A stretch of 64,000 bases of DNA. Source: Utricularia gibba. Its lineage: Eukaryota; Plantae; Magnoliophyta. Location: contig CM007989.1 of assembly GCA_002189035.1 (NCBI GenBank), positions 5,642,001 to 5,706,000 of the forward strand. Reading direction: 5' to 3'. A program made the translations under genes and the position numbers. The notes under the pieces were generated by a model. The model was given only the letters and a program-made list of their open reading frames with translations. It did no database searches and was not told the DNA's origin. This document shows, one piece after another, positions 52,030-64,000 of the stretch. Position 1 is the stretch's first letter. Each line of letters starts with the position of its first letter.

Positions 52030-53867
52030 CTTTGGTGGTTGCGCCAGAGGATAGACATACATACATACATATTATAGAGCTCCCATGGTGGAAATTTCTG
52101 AGTTTTTGGGACCCCTTGATGGGAACTTGCGTCAATGATAATGCCTGTAAGTCAAGCGACTTGAAGTTGTAGTGGGAATCCATGACCTGTGAGATGTCAT
52201 CTGGTTCTAGATGACTCATTCTGAAGACTACAAAGGTGCAATGTTTCTTAAACAAACTTGATCTAGCTCATAAGATTCACTAAACAAGATAGGGGATAGT
52301 AGTGTTGAACAGAATGATTCAAACTAATCTCCATTTACACAACCTTTGGCTTATGAAGAATAGAAAATGCACAGATAAGAAGAGAGCAAAAGCACAAGAA
52401 ACTTGTACACAATTTTAAATAGTATTTTGAAAATTTTTTAAATCTATTTTTATTTTTATAAAATTATTGTGGAAAAATAGAAATAAAAAGTAAAAATAAA
52501 CTAATTATTACTCAAAAATAATTTTTGTAATACAATTTTAAAAATATTTTTTTATAGAATTATTTTTACAATTGATATCATTCTAAAACAAAATTATTTT
52601 TACTTTTTAAAAAATATAAATAGACTTACAAAATTTTCAAAAACTGTAATTTAGATTATATGAGTTACAAAAGTATTTTGTTAATCAGTTATTTGCAAGG
52701 CACCATAACTTTATTTAAATAGCACTTCATCCTTTAAAGACACACTTGAACCATTTATTGAGCGTAACTCCCAACAGATATCGATTTCCCGATCCCTTGT
52801 TCTGGTCACCAGTGGCAGGCATTGACTTGGTCTGGGTAGGAAAAGAGCTGACGTGAGTATTGGTGCTGCCCACGCTGGTTGAGTGTCACCTCACACCCTT
52901 AACCTCAATTTCACAGTTACTTAGAAAATTACCAATCCATCGACTATTAATTTTCATTTATAAAATCAATATAAAATTATTTTAATTTTTTGTTGAGTAT
53001 GAAAATCTTTTTTAAAACTAATATCATTAACCATGTTTTTATTTGGACCTCAACACAATTTTAAAAAATGATAATCATTTTATCATGTTTCAAAATACTT
53101 TCTTTTTGTCTATTGCAACTATCCATGAATCGCATGTATATTAATAAAATTAAACATAATTTGTGTGAATTCATCAAAAAAAAAATAAAGTTACTTAATA
53201 TTGATTTTTATTTTTACAATAATATAATTGTTGTGGGATTTCGGTATTTATGATTTTTTTTAAGAAAATTTCAATAATATCCCGTGATTTAGAGGTGTTT
53301 TGAGGAAACCAGTGAAAAAGATCAAAATTAGTAATCCAAAAGTAGTGAAAACTAGGGATGCTCATTTATTTAAAAGAAAGTGATTCCACTAAGAACTTGA
53401 GGGAAAGATGAATGAGGTTCATTTAAAAAGTTACAAGAATGCTTGAGAAGTTATTTTACCTTTTTGGGATGCTTTCTTTGACCAAAAGTAGGTTCTTATT
53501 TATTTCTTTTCATATTTATAGATATAAAGACTTAGATAGCAAGATGGAGCTTTCTCTTTTCATCATACCTTTATATCCATATCTATGCCACAATTATATA
53601 TTCCCTCAATTTGGGAAAAAAGGTTAATACTTAATAGGTCACGTGGATGCATGAACAAAGATAAGAATGAAGCCCCAATGAGATATTGGTATTATACAGC
53701 TATTGGATACAACAATTGGAAAGGTCGCAAGATAGGCTTTTAGCTGATTTTGACTTTCAATATTTAGAGTAAAAAATGCTCATTCGCTAAACCCACCACC
53801 ACTTTGGGTGCTTGGTAGGGAAGAGTGCGACCTTCTGATTGTGTCCACTTTGGTCCTATACTTCTTA

Positions 53868-53882
53868 GGGTGCGTTTGGTTG
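53868..53882 (+). repeat. Left TIR of a PIF/Harbinger element
   Basis: TTA followed by GGGTGCGTTTGGTTG, the usual PIF/Tourist terminus, then GGGTTT-rich subterminal repeats. Confidence 0.75.
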
Positions 53883-54359
53883 CTGGGTTTGGTCTAAACC
53901 CAGGTTTAGTTTATTTGGGTTTAGGTAACCCGGTTTTATGGGTTTAATGGGCGTAAATCGTGTTTGGTTGATGGGTTTACATTATTTGGATTTAAATGAA
54001 TACATGTTTAGTACGTGGATATAAAATGGGTTTATGGATAATTTTCATGGGAATTTACCAATATAGTCTTCCCCAACAATAAACTATTCCTCTTTATTAC
54101 CGTTTGTTTTCCCCTTCGTCCACCGACTTTCACACCCTGTTGTCGCAGTGCTGCCGTCCGACGAGATCTCCTGATTTCACTAGTAATTGAGAGTGAAGAG
54201 CTATGGGTTAAGTCTAGATTGTATACTCCCTTTGTTGCGCAGAGTTTCTTGTTTGAAATCTGATGAATTTTGAGTCAATTTTACGGTTTACTTGTTGTAA
54301 TTGCTCGGTGTAGGTGCTTTGTTCTTGCTGTTTTCTTTCCTCCCGCATAGATTGCAGGT

Positions 54360-55389
54360 ATGCACAACCCAATCGTGGTGGAAGACTCTCACAAAGAAAC
54401 GAAACGCACCTAAAAGCCAAATGAGGAGAAAGACTTGTTGCACGTTTTGAAGCAGATAGTGAAAGAAGGCTGGAAAATTGAGAATGGTTTTAGGGGTGGG
54501 TATCACCGAGCATTGGAGACAATGTTCTTGAAACTCTGCACTACAACCGACATCCGTGCACACCCGCATATATCTAGCAAGGTGCATACCTGGAAAAGAG
54601 ACTACTATCTCCTTGTAGATTTTTTATCAAGGTCGGGCATTGGTTTCAGTGAGCTGACCTACACCGTAGACGCAGACGAGGAGGTTTGGAAGGAGATTGA
54701 TCAGGTATGTATGCCCTGTTCTCGCTGTGTTATATCTAGTGCTTACCGTGTTATTATGTCAGCATGCACCCAGGCTGTGCGTTCTAAGACACAAAGCGTG
54801 ACCGTATAACATGGAGTGGCAGGAAATCTTTAGAAAGGATCGGGCTACAGGAGATATTACAATGAGCTATGTAGCCGTGACCAGGAAGAGGAAATTCACG
54901 GAAGATATTGGGGAGAATTTGGAAGCATCTTCGGATTTCCCTCTAGACCCGGATAGCATTGGACAAGATATGAACTTGTCGTATACTGACACACCTTGTG
55001 ATCCAATTGGTTCTGCTGCGGAGGGTGTGAATGTCACGCCTAATAGGGACTCCGAGTCACACAACAGCACCGACTCGTCGCGGCGGATTGGACGAAGCGA
55101 CAGGGGACCGAGGGGAATCGATGATGATGTGCAGTTCATCAAAGAAATGAAAGAGCTGAACATGCGCACATGCGAAGAGCAATGTCACTAAGGATTAATA
55201 GTGGTGCAGCAATTGCGGGAGTTGGTGGACAATCAGTGTCACGCAGGGGAGATCATTAGAGGTATGCCGTTGCAATTAACTGCCATCAAATGTTTTACAT
55301 AGCAGAGACGATTAGTTCCAACCCTGCGAGGTTGCGCTACTTCCTTGCCTCCAGTGATTGTGAAAGTGAGCTGATAGTGCAGGGTTTAG
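54360..55389 (+). pseudogene. PIF/Harbinger ORF1, Myb/SANT-like DNA-binding protein (degenerate, spliced)
   Basis: LLHVLKQIVKEGWKIENGFRGGYHRALETM...AHPHISSKVHTWKRDY...SGIGF...VDADEEVW; EWQEIFRKDRATG; internal stops. Confidence 0.8.
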
Positions 55390-55875
55390 CATCCGAACGG
55401 ATATCTTAAATCTATTGTGTGGAGGTTGGCCTTATTTTGGACTCATGGGTTAGATGTATTTCACCTTTTAAGCATCTTTCAAGCAAATACCCTATATTCC
55501 ACATGAAAATGTAGGCGTAGGACGATTGTAGGTAACTGGTACGAGCACCGCGTACGTAGACAGTGTTCTGACGTCATTGATGGAAGCACCGCGTATGAAC
55601 AAGCGCGGTGCTTCGTTGTTGAGCACTCTTCCGCAAATGCGGTGCTACAACTACCGCCACACTCAATGCGGTGTTATCGAGTAGTGATGGACTAGTACCA
55701 CGCTGGTGTTGCATATTATGAAGCATCACGTTTAGACACAAGGTTTCAAATCCAGTGATGGCACCGGATGTTACAACATGCAGTGCCACCGCGATCAGTG
55801 TTCGATCACAAACTAGCAAAGTCAGCATATCATAGTCCACGCAAGATCCATGCAATTGCAAAGGTACATCATTCA

Positions 55876-57175
55876 TTACGCAATAGCCTTGTAATGCTTC
55901 CACAATGGGTGTTCCTCGTCTATCGGATGTTGACCTACCCGTAGGCGATCGACGTGTGTGGGTACATCCATTACGTCAATGAGAGCTTCCAGGAACGACC
56001 TAATATCTCCCCTTCAAACCAGGGAACAATCATTGACTGTGGTGTACTTGAAGGATGGTGGAGAATATAGCATTTTCGGGCTGTCCAATGAATGTAAACA
56101 ATCATCGGGTGCAGGATGGTGGAGAATGAGGGCAACCAGAAACTCACCGAGTTGTGTAGTGACTTGTACGGCGCATCATCAATGAGTAGCGTATTAAGAC
56201 GGTGATATTTGCCCTTGAACTTGGTGTTGGTGCCCCATACATGATTCAAAAGCTTAAGCTTAACCGTGTTGTTCCTATTGTCATGCACCGGATAACCTGT
56301 GTCCACTGTCCTGGATCCATCCCATTGGAAGACGAGCTTGTTGGCTGCTGGAGGCCCTAGTAACCACTGGACCACATCGTGCAATTGTTCACTGAAACAT
56401 GTTGTAAGAAAAAGGAAAGGTCAGCACTGTGCAGATACCATTACCTGCTAACTGGTTAATCTTATCATCCTTTGGAAGACCAGATGGCGACGTCAAAGTG
56501 TTCCATGCAAAACTATATCAACTCACGTGCACCTGGTCATAGATACACTACAACCACAACAAATAACTCTGACACATGCATCGGATATTAAATGCATATG
56601 AAATACACCGTATTAACATTTCGCCCGTATATGACAGCATCCGACTTCGGTGCTCCCCACCTGACTTCGCAAGGATACACAATGTCTGCAAGTATGTCAT
56701 TCACGTCAAATATTAACAACTTACGTGGTGGGGCTGCGTTATCACTCGACACTCCACCATATGGCCACCTTTGTTTATACCATGCAAGCCGACCACAGAG
56801 TTCAAGATTCTCTGCGTACAATCTCTCCACTTCGATATACTTTGCAGTGGCAGCACTGCACTCATCGTTGTGTGTCGAGATCGGTGTTGGCCCATCCGTG
56901 TTACCCCTGACTTCTAGCTGCACATCTCCATCCTCTTCATGGGTCACCTCTTCAGGATCTTCATTCCTAATCTCATGTTGTTTACTGTGTCGAGGGGTTG
57001 TACACCATAGATGCTGTGTCCTAGGGGCATTGACAAAGAGAAGCAACATGTCCTCTAGTGACTTTGTTCTGCAAGAGAACAAATTCACAAATCTCCTTGC
57101 TGCACTTTTTGGCAATACCTCGATGCCCACAACAACCACAACAACAAAAAGCATGAGTACTGTTGCAGAAGACAT
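55876..57175 (-). pseudogene. FCP1/NIF-homology HAD-phosphatase-like gene, spliced, with premature stops
   Basis: RKLLIFDVNDILADIV; VYL*PGARELI*FCMEHFDVAIWSS; LLGPPAANKLVFQWDG; NTLLIDDAPYKSLHN; ENAIF; GDIRSFLEAL...VGQHPIDEEHPLWKHY*. The blocks occur in the order of the plant FCP1-homology family. Confidence 0.82.
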
Positions 57176-57294
57176 TAGAATATTCGAAGTAATTGTTTGT
57201 GATTACTTGATGGGTGTCCAACATTCTCTGACACTATCAACGTTGTTGGTCATTCTGGAGTCGTGGGTGGGCATACCCATATAAAACTAGTCCA

Positions 57295-57700
57295 TCAATC
57301 ATCATATGCGCTTCTCACGTCTGTAACCAGAACCACACCAGATTTTCCATGAAGTGAGTAGTGCGGACTCCCCTTACGTTGCACACAAACAGAAACCGCA
57401 AAGAAGACACGCATCTCCAAGGGTATATCCTCCTCTTCACAGATCTGCAGAAATGCGAGTACGTGCGCCACAGAACGTGGTGTGAGGTGAGATAGTGGGA
57501 TTTGGAGTGCAGCAAGTATCTGCACAAGGAAAAGGGGCGGGTGCAATCGCAATCCACACCGAAAGTGCTCGGTTCTTCGACTCTGGACGGCAGTTCGGTG
57601 TTGGATGTTTCGCCTGGTTGTTTATCCCACATCACGTAACTATTGGGAATTGAGAAGCGGGCACGTAGTTTCTCACACGTCAAAATCTATGGAAAACAAT
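57295..57700 (-). pseudogene. Gypsy ORF1 / Transposase_28-like coding remnant
   Basis: EKLRARFSIPNSY and, after a frameshift, LHPPLFLVQILAALQIPLSHLTPRSVAHVLAFLQICEEEDIP resemble the LHPF..L....I...QLTPNS...F...C pattern of Tat/Ogre/Athila accessory ORFs. Confidence 0.6.
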
Positions 57701-58397
57701 AGACGTCTTACTCGATGGCCGCAATGAAGAATTTTTAACGCTGAAGGCAAAGGTTCCTACCATTGCGATGCTGTTGTGGAGAGGTTGTCAACCCGTCTAT
57801 TTTCGCGGTGCTACTGCGCGTTTGCCGAAAGGATGGAGGTGTTTTGGAAAATGTTCAATGTCAAGTGCCTTTAGTGTGCGTAGGGGGGTATTAATAGCGT
57901 TGGGCAGTTGTCAACCGCCTAGTGCATTTAATGCTGGATAGCTGCAGTATTTTTTGTCAATTTGTTTTTGAAATTCAGAGCACTGGATTAGGCAGCCCGC
58001 GATGCTGCAGTGTGCGTAGCGTAGCCCAAGCGTTTAGAAGCACCGCATATTACAGATCGCCGTGTTTGGTAAATTTCAAGATTGTTGTACTACCAATCAC
58101 CTCGCTAATATGCACCTGCTTGACACTGATCTACATCTTAAATGTTGACAGCACCGGATACGATGAAACACACGATGCTGCTAACAACTTTGGTATCGTA
58201 ATAGCCTCCGCAGCACCTCGTCTGGTGCTGGCTCCAATGCTCCACCATGTGGTACCATGTTACCCCATGGTAACACATGACACTAGGGTACAATCCTCAC
58301 ACCATTTGCAGCAACAACCAAATACAATGCAAACAGGTGTTCACGTTGCAATGCAAACAATTGTACTTAACAAATCCAATACAAACGACACGATAGG

Positions 58398-59778
58398 TGA
58401 TGAACGGGAATTTTCCTAATATCGTTGCAAATAAAAATAGAAAATCCTTATCAAATAAATTTATAATCCCTAATCTACACAAAATACAAGTTTGGAAAAC
58501 TTGTATAGTGGATATCGGGGTCGATCACGAAGAGCTTGTGCTTGCTAAGTGTTTTAGTACATACATAATTTCGGATAATAGTAGGTCTTAGTCTAAGCTC
58601 GGACTAACAGTGGTAAACAAGTTCAGTAAACAAGGTAGGTAAGCAATATCAGGTCTTGACGCTAAGGCAACAGGTATTGGTTTTGACTCAGACTAATACG
58701 AGGACACCTTAAGGGTTTGCGGGTGGTGTTATGCTAAGCTTCCTATACTCACAACTTCAAATAACCTAAGTCTACCTAGGTCATTCATCATATTTTTGGC
58801 TTAAGCTAGTCCTCAATGTCATAACCCACATTGCAATTAGGTCTACCCGCATGCAAGGCATATAGAACTAGGTCTACCTGGTTCTACTGGTTCTACCCTA
58901 GACTAACACCGACTGCTCCCGTCTTGGTTTGTTGGTCTACCTCTAAACCAAGCATCTAAGTTGTGAAACTATTTGCTTCCCTCCTTAGGTCTACCCATGG
59001 TTTGTTAGAAACAAGAGTTAAGGAATACACATAAATTTCATCATCAAACCTAAGCACACACCACACCACTTCACCTTAAGGCATTCCTAAGACTCTAGCC
59101 ACTCATGCTTGGGAAATAAAACACGATTTCATTCATGTAAGTTGCCCAAAATGGCAGAAACATTGTAAATAAGTAAAACGCAGAAACTTGAAATGTTCAG
59201 AAAACAGAAAGTAAATAAGATTGTTCTCCCGCCCGTTAGCTACTGTTAACATTGTAGCGCTGGACTGGGCTCCGGTGCTACACTTGGTGATGAAGGCCTT
59301 CCTTCCCCCCCTTTGGTTGGTGTTTCTCCCATTGGGGAAGAAGACCCCTTGCGTCCCCCCTTGCTGTTCGCTTCTTCATGCTCTCATATTGGAAATAATT
59401 TTCCCTTTTGCTTCACTCCATTGCACTGTTCCTGACTGTCAGTACTGTTTCTGACCACCAGTACTGCTCCTGGCCTGAACTTGCAGACCGCGGTGGTAGT
59501 AGAACAATGCTCTTTGTCCTTCGCTAGATTTTGTGCCCTTTTTCGCTTGTTTTACACTCTTGCAAGTATGATTTTCGGCCTATCTCCCTGCTGAACTTAC
59601 TGAAACATCAGTAACAAGAGTTGTTGACTAAATCAAAGGATTTAGTCCACTTTTCACATAATCACATGAGATTAACATGAACACCACTAAAACATGAAAA
59701 ACCACATTTATCTAACTTAAACCATAATATAATATAACTATTTTGCATTATAAATTTCAGGAAAAATGTGTGTCATCA
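58398..59778. mobile_element. Solo LTR (1381 bp), Athila-like, with 5-bp TSD ATAGG
   Basis: Termini TGATG...CATCA; ATAGG at 58393-58397 and 59779-59783. Confidence 0.88.
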
Positions 59779-59841
59779 ATAGGTTGCGAACGGGAATCTA
59801 GGAAAACCACTAGCATCACAATGTCTAAAGTAGTGCTACAT

Positions 59842-61160
59842 TAGCGGTGTCTGTGGGATGCCAGCCACTCGGTGTACATCCTCTCAGCTTGCTCGTCACA
59901 CCACCTATTCCATGCCTGATTTCCACCAGAAGATGTCGTGATGTTTCTACATCACTCGTGTCCCCAGCTTCATCCTGGAAGTCCAATGGGACCTCATCCT
60001 CCAAGGGATCGACCACCATCTCCTTTTGAATGAGATTATGGAGCAAAGCACATGCCAATACAATGCGATTCTATGTGTCTACCAAATGGTAGCTAGTCGT
60101 CCGTAGTATATCCCACCGCATCTTCATCAAGCCCCAAGCTCGTTCGATCACATTTTTGGCTGATGCATGTCGCATGTTGAATAGCTCCTTCGCATTCTAA
60201 GGTACTCCATTTCCCTGGCCCCAATCCTTCAAGTGATAATGGACTCCACGGTATGGTGCCAAAAAGCCCTCCCTATTGACGTATCTATTATCACATAGGT
60301 AATATGTTCCTGTATCATCACGTATACATGGTGCATGAAATCATTGGAATCACATGCGCAAGGGCTAAACAAGTGAAATACCTGGGCGTACACAGAAGCC
60401 GTCGGATCGTGAGAGTGCATCGTTTAGCACCCGACTGTCTACAGCAAACCCCTCCCACCCAGCAAACACATATATAAATTTCATGTGTTCATCACATACA
60501 CCCAACACGTTGATGAATATCGCACCCTTTCGATTTCTGTACCTTGCAGCATCACATTTGTTAACTCATATACCGATATATGTACCATCTATGGCCCCAA
60601 CACAACCCTGCAAATGCATAATCAATGTTAGATACATTGTTAAAAAGAAGCATGGAAGATGTGTCAACTTGAAAGTGTTTGAACTTTCCTTCAGATGCAA
60701 GTTCTTCAGCAACTACTGGGGTCTCTAAGAGCACCTTATGAAGGCAAAGCACCGCATGAAACACATTTTGCAAGCACCGGGACACAGTCTCGGTGCTCCT
60801 CCCATAGACGTGCTTCTCCACTCACATTTTTTTATGATGACCTAGTATTCCTAAAAACATGCAAACCATCTTCGAAATTGTTACATATTTTCCAGCCTTT
60901 AAACTAGAACAATTTTCTAATAGGCTACCTAAAATACCCAAGGCATGTCGGCTGATTCTCAAATTCTCAATGGATGCGCTGTTGACATCACTCACCAACC
61001 TACTAATATACTCAACTTGTCTAGAAATCTTGTGTGTAAGTGAATACCTGCGTCTCAGTCTATGTCCCCTACGGTATTTTTTCCAATATAACTATACTAA
61101 CACATTCATTTGCACCAAGTATTCGGTCAAAACTGCCGCAGCCGCACTCAAGATGACATG
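59842..61160 (-). pseudogene. PIF/Harbinger DDE transposase (degenerate, two introns)
   Basis: MVCMFLGILGHH, GRSTETVSR, GCVGAIDGTYI, RNRKG, NVLGVCD, FIYVFAGWEG..DSRVL, YYLCD, PYRGVHYHL, ELFNMRHASAKNVIERAWGLMKMRW, ACALLHN; several TGA/TAG stops. Confidence 0.92.
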
Positions 61161-61559
61161 ACCCTCCACGAAAAAATCCATGTCCCCTCAATAGTCGCAA
61201 AAATCGAGCAAAATAAATCCACTCACACAACAATATGGATTCTGAAATTGGAAAGTCACAATTAAAAACCCACTATGCGGTGCTGCCGTGGTTGGATAAA
61301 TGCGGTGCTACTATGGACCAACCCATCAAGAACAGAAAGCACACTTACCAAAAAACCCAGTTTATTTGCACTAATGAAGATGCAACGCCACCGACAAATC
61401 ATGAAGAAAGTCTGGGTTGTAGATCTGCGTTCAAATGTGGTTCACGCAAAGGCAAAAGTGGAAGCGCCGAGTTGCATTCAAATGTGGTTCATTGTTGGTT
61501 AGTAAGATCAACAATGAAAAACTTGATCAAGTTCTCTGATGGATGGAAAATTCTATAAA

Positions 61560-62476
61560 TGTTGTAAGTCTAAAGGTTTTCCCTATCAAAAAAAATTTAT
61601 AAATTGAACAAACAAACTCATTTCATTCGCAAAGAAAATAATATAGCAGCAGTAAGTCCAGGTCGATCCATAGAGAGCAAATGATTTATGAAGTAAAAGT
61701 AGATAATAGAGTACGTAAATAAGATGATGAAAGCATTTGAACACGTTGAATATTGAAAACAAGAGATGGAAATAGTATGCATGTTCACAAAATATGATGC
61801 AAGAAATAAGATTTGCTTGAAAAGTTAAACATTTGTTTGATTCTCCAGTTCTGTGTTCTCCTCGTTTTCTTCTTCTCAAATTGCAGATTCTCATGCCTCC
61901 TTATTTTTTGTTTAGGTCTCGACACACTTCTGACATTGAAGATTAGATCTAGTATCATGCTGGAATGCCTCTCCTTCATCTTATCTTCTACTCCAATCGC
62001 GAAAACGCTCTTGGGAGAGAAAATCTTTCTACAACAAAAGAATTCTCCAGCCAAATAAAGACTCCAAAGCAGATGCATGTTCACTGCTTGAAATATTCTA
62101 GAAAAAAAAAGAATTATATAGACAACAAATGTTTTCCTTTCTTTATTCACATTAGTCTTGCGTACCAATCATAATTAGTTGCATTTGTTGCGAAATTCTT
62201 TCCTTCTTTTTCACCAACTTTCCTTATCTTTCCTCTGTATTCAGACTTATAATTCTCGTCTTGTCCCTATACTCATAACAACTTTGTAGACTGGTCAGAT
62301 AATGTGGCCCAACCCAAATGGGCTGGACACACATGGGCTTGGAGGAACAATAAAACCACCCTATATTTGGACTAAGGGAAAAATGACCCAAATCATGTTT
62401 TTACTGAAAATAATTTGACTATCGCACATTTTGACATTTTCCATATTCTACTTCACATAATCCTAAGACTTCAACA
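61560..62476. mobile_element. Probable solo LTR (917 bp) with a degenerate TSD
   Basis: Termini TGTTGTAAGTC ... GACTTCAACA; flanks ATAAA and ATGAA match at 4/5. Confidence 0.7.
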
Positions 62477-62829
62477 ATGAAATTGACTCAAATACGTTGA
62501 AATATGATGCAATATCATTCACCCTTTTCCCAAGAATTCAGACTCTTCTAGCAAGCTAGTTCCTAATGGAAGCAAAGTGCTTGACAATGGCAAGGTAACT
62601 TTCATTACAATTGTTTTCTCTCTTTAGGCATAATTCCAACATGATGAGTAATTTAATGTACATGAGAGAGTTCCAATAAAAAAAAAGCCAACTAAGCGAA
62701 ACACCTCAAGGTTTCTCAAGGTTTTCTCCACGTGCACATTAGCCACTGGTTGAACACTCACTTATATCTCACCAATACCTTTAATAAGTTCTCAAATACC
62801 AATATTGAGAGATTTTAACCCCCTCCTTT

Positions 62830-64000
62830 GCAAGTTGAAGATGAAAGATTGGGAAAATTAGATTTGATGAATTGCTATGACCCATATTCATATCAAGTCT
62901 AGAGATGAATGAAAAACAACATTTAAAACTCAAGAGGGATTGTTTGAATGCCAAGTAATGCCTTTTGGCTCAATCAATGTGCCAAGCACAACTATGTGGG
63001 TAATGAATAAGCTCTTTTGATCGTATGATCCTTAATTTTTTATTTTGATGATATCCTTATTTATTTCACTATTAGAAATGCTCATGTCTAGCATATTTGG
63101 GAGGTACAAAAAATGATGCAATAGGAGGAATTCTATGCATCTAGTATAAAATGTCTCTACTTTATGTCAAGAGTACTATTTCCTATCTATATTAGAGGTG
63201 TATTTTGCTAAGGTGACCATCATCCAAACTTAGCCAGAACCCACTTCTATTATATAGGTATACAGTTTTGATGAACTAGTCTCTTTTTATTGATGTTTCA
63301 TTTCCTAGTTTAGTTCTAAGTTGCTTCCGGTGATGGATTGCCTCAAGGAGGTAACTTTTGAGTGGACTTCTAAAGTTGAGGATGATTTCAATGATATCTA
63401 GAAAGTATTGACTACTGTCCTAATACTTATTCTATCTAATTATGGAAAGCCCTTTGAATTATTTCGTGATGCTTCTAGGGTGGGAATAGGGGGAGTATTA
63501 AGTTATGGAGGTCATCCCATTATAGTACTAATTAGAGACGACTTTATGCTCTCATTCAAGGTATAGAGTATTAGAGACACTATTTGTTCAATCAAGACTT
63601 TGTCTTATGGATAAACCACGACTCACAAAACCATCTACAAACGTAAATGAAAATCTAAGCTTCTCATGCCAAGTGGTTTTCTTTTCTTTAGCAATTTACA
63701 TTTGCAATTAAATATAAAGTAGGCTCATCTAATAGAGTGTCTTATGCTTTAATTTGTTAGAGAACTTGTTTGAGTACCTTTCAAGTACAAGTTGTGGGCT
63801 ACGAGGAGATTCCAAAACTCTACTATGTTGATTTTTTTTTTGCATCGATTATTAAAACACATGAATGAAGGACAATTTAATGAGTTTGTTTTCTACTCTA
63901 GGGTACATCCTTGTACATTCTTGAGTCTAGTCTTTGATTAAAGTTGATCCAAGGTGTCCATCATAAAGGACATATGGGATGAGATTGCACCATGAACTTA
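62830..64000 (+). mobile_element. Highly degenerate Ty3/gypsy pol (RT-RNaseH), runs out of the window
   Basis: [61 protein letters not shown]; many stops and indels. Confidence 0.85.

Noticed and set aside
55480-55495. CAAGCAAATACCC as a possible right TIR closing a Myb-only element
   Set aside because: Weak match to the reverse complement of GGGTGCGTTTGGTTG and no clear TTA/TAA flank. It cannot be fully excluded, and if real it would split the three-gene unit.
56592-57284. 230-aa plus-strand ORF
   Set aside because: Ser/Thr-rich antisense of the FCP1-like N-terminal region, with no independent motifs.

Overview
Plant (eudicot-like) nuclear genomic window, AT-rich, with five host genes among layered transposon debris. 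Host genes: an intronless dirigent-like gene (4060-4661, +), a 27-exon RAD50 (4976-15987, +), an 18-exon conserved coiled-coil protein gene (24817-31780, -), an EMSY-like ENT/Tudor chromatin reader (34624-37146, -) and a two-exon LysM receptor-like pseudokinase of the LYR-I (NFP-related) group (49961-52029, -). Transposable elements: a young Ty3/gypsy element at the left edge (LTR, PBS and a 796-codon open gag-pro-RT frame that runs out of the window and is absent from the ORF track), a Copia/MuDR/solo-LTR stack at 16.7-24 kb, a MULE-type MITE upstream of EML, three solo LTRs with target-site duplications, a decayed gypsy pol at the right edge and a PIF/Harbinger region at 53.9-61.2 kb. There is also a small cox1 NUMT. 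The most unusual structure is a spliced FCP1/NIF-type HAD-phosphatase-like gene, preceded by a gypsy-ORF1-like segment, lying between the Myb/SANT and DDE transposase genes of the PIF region. Three host genes (dirigent, RAD50, EML) each show a single 1-bp deletion that may be assembly error. All calls come from manual translation and motif recognition; no searches were run, and the species could not be determined.
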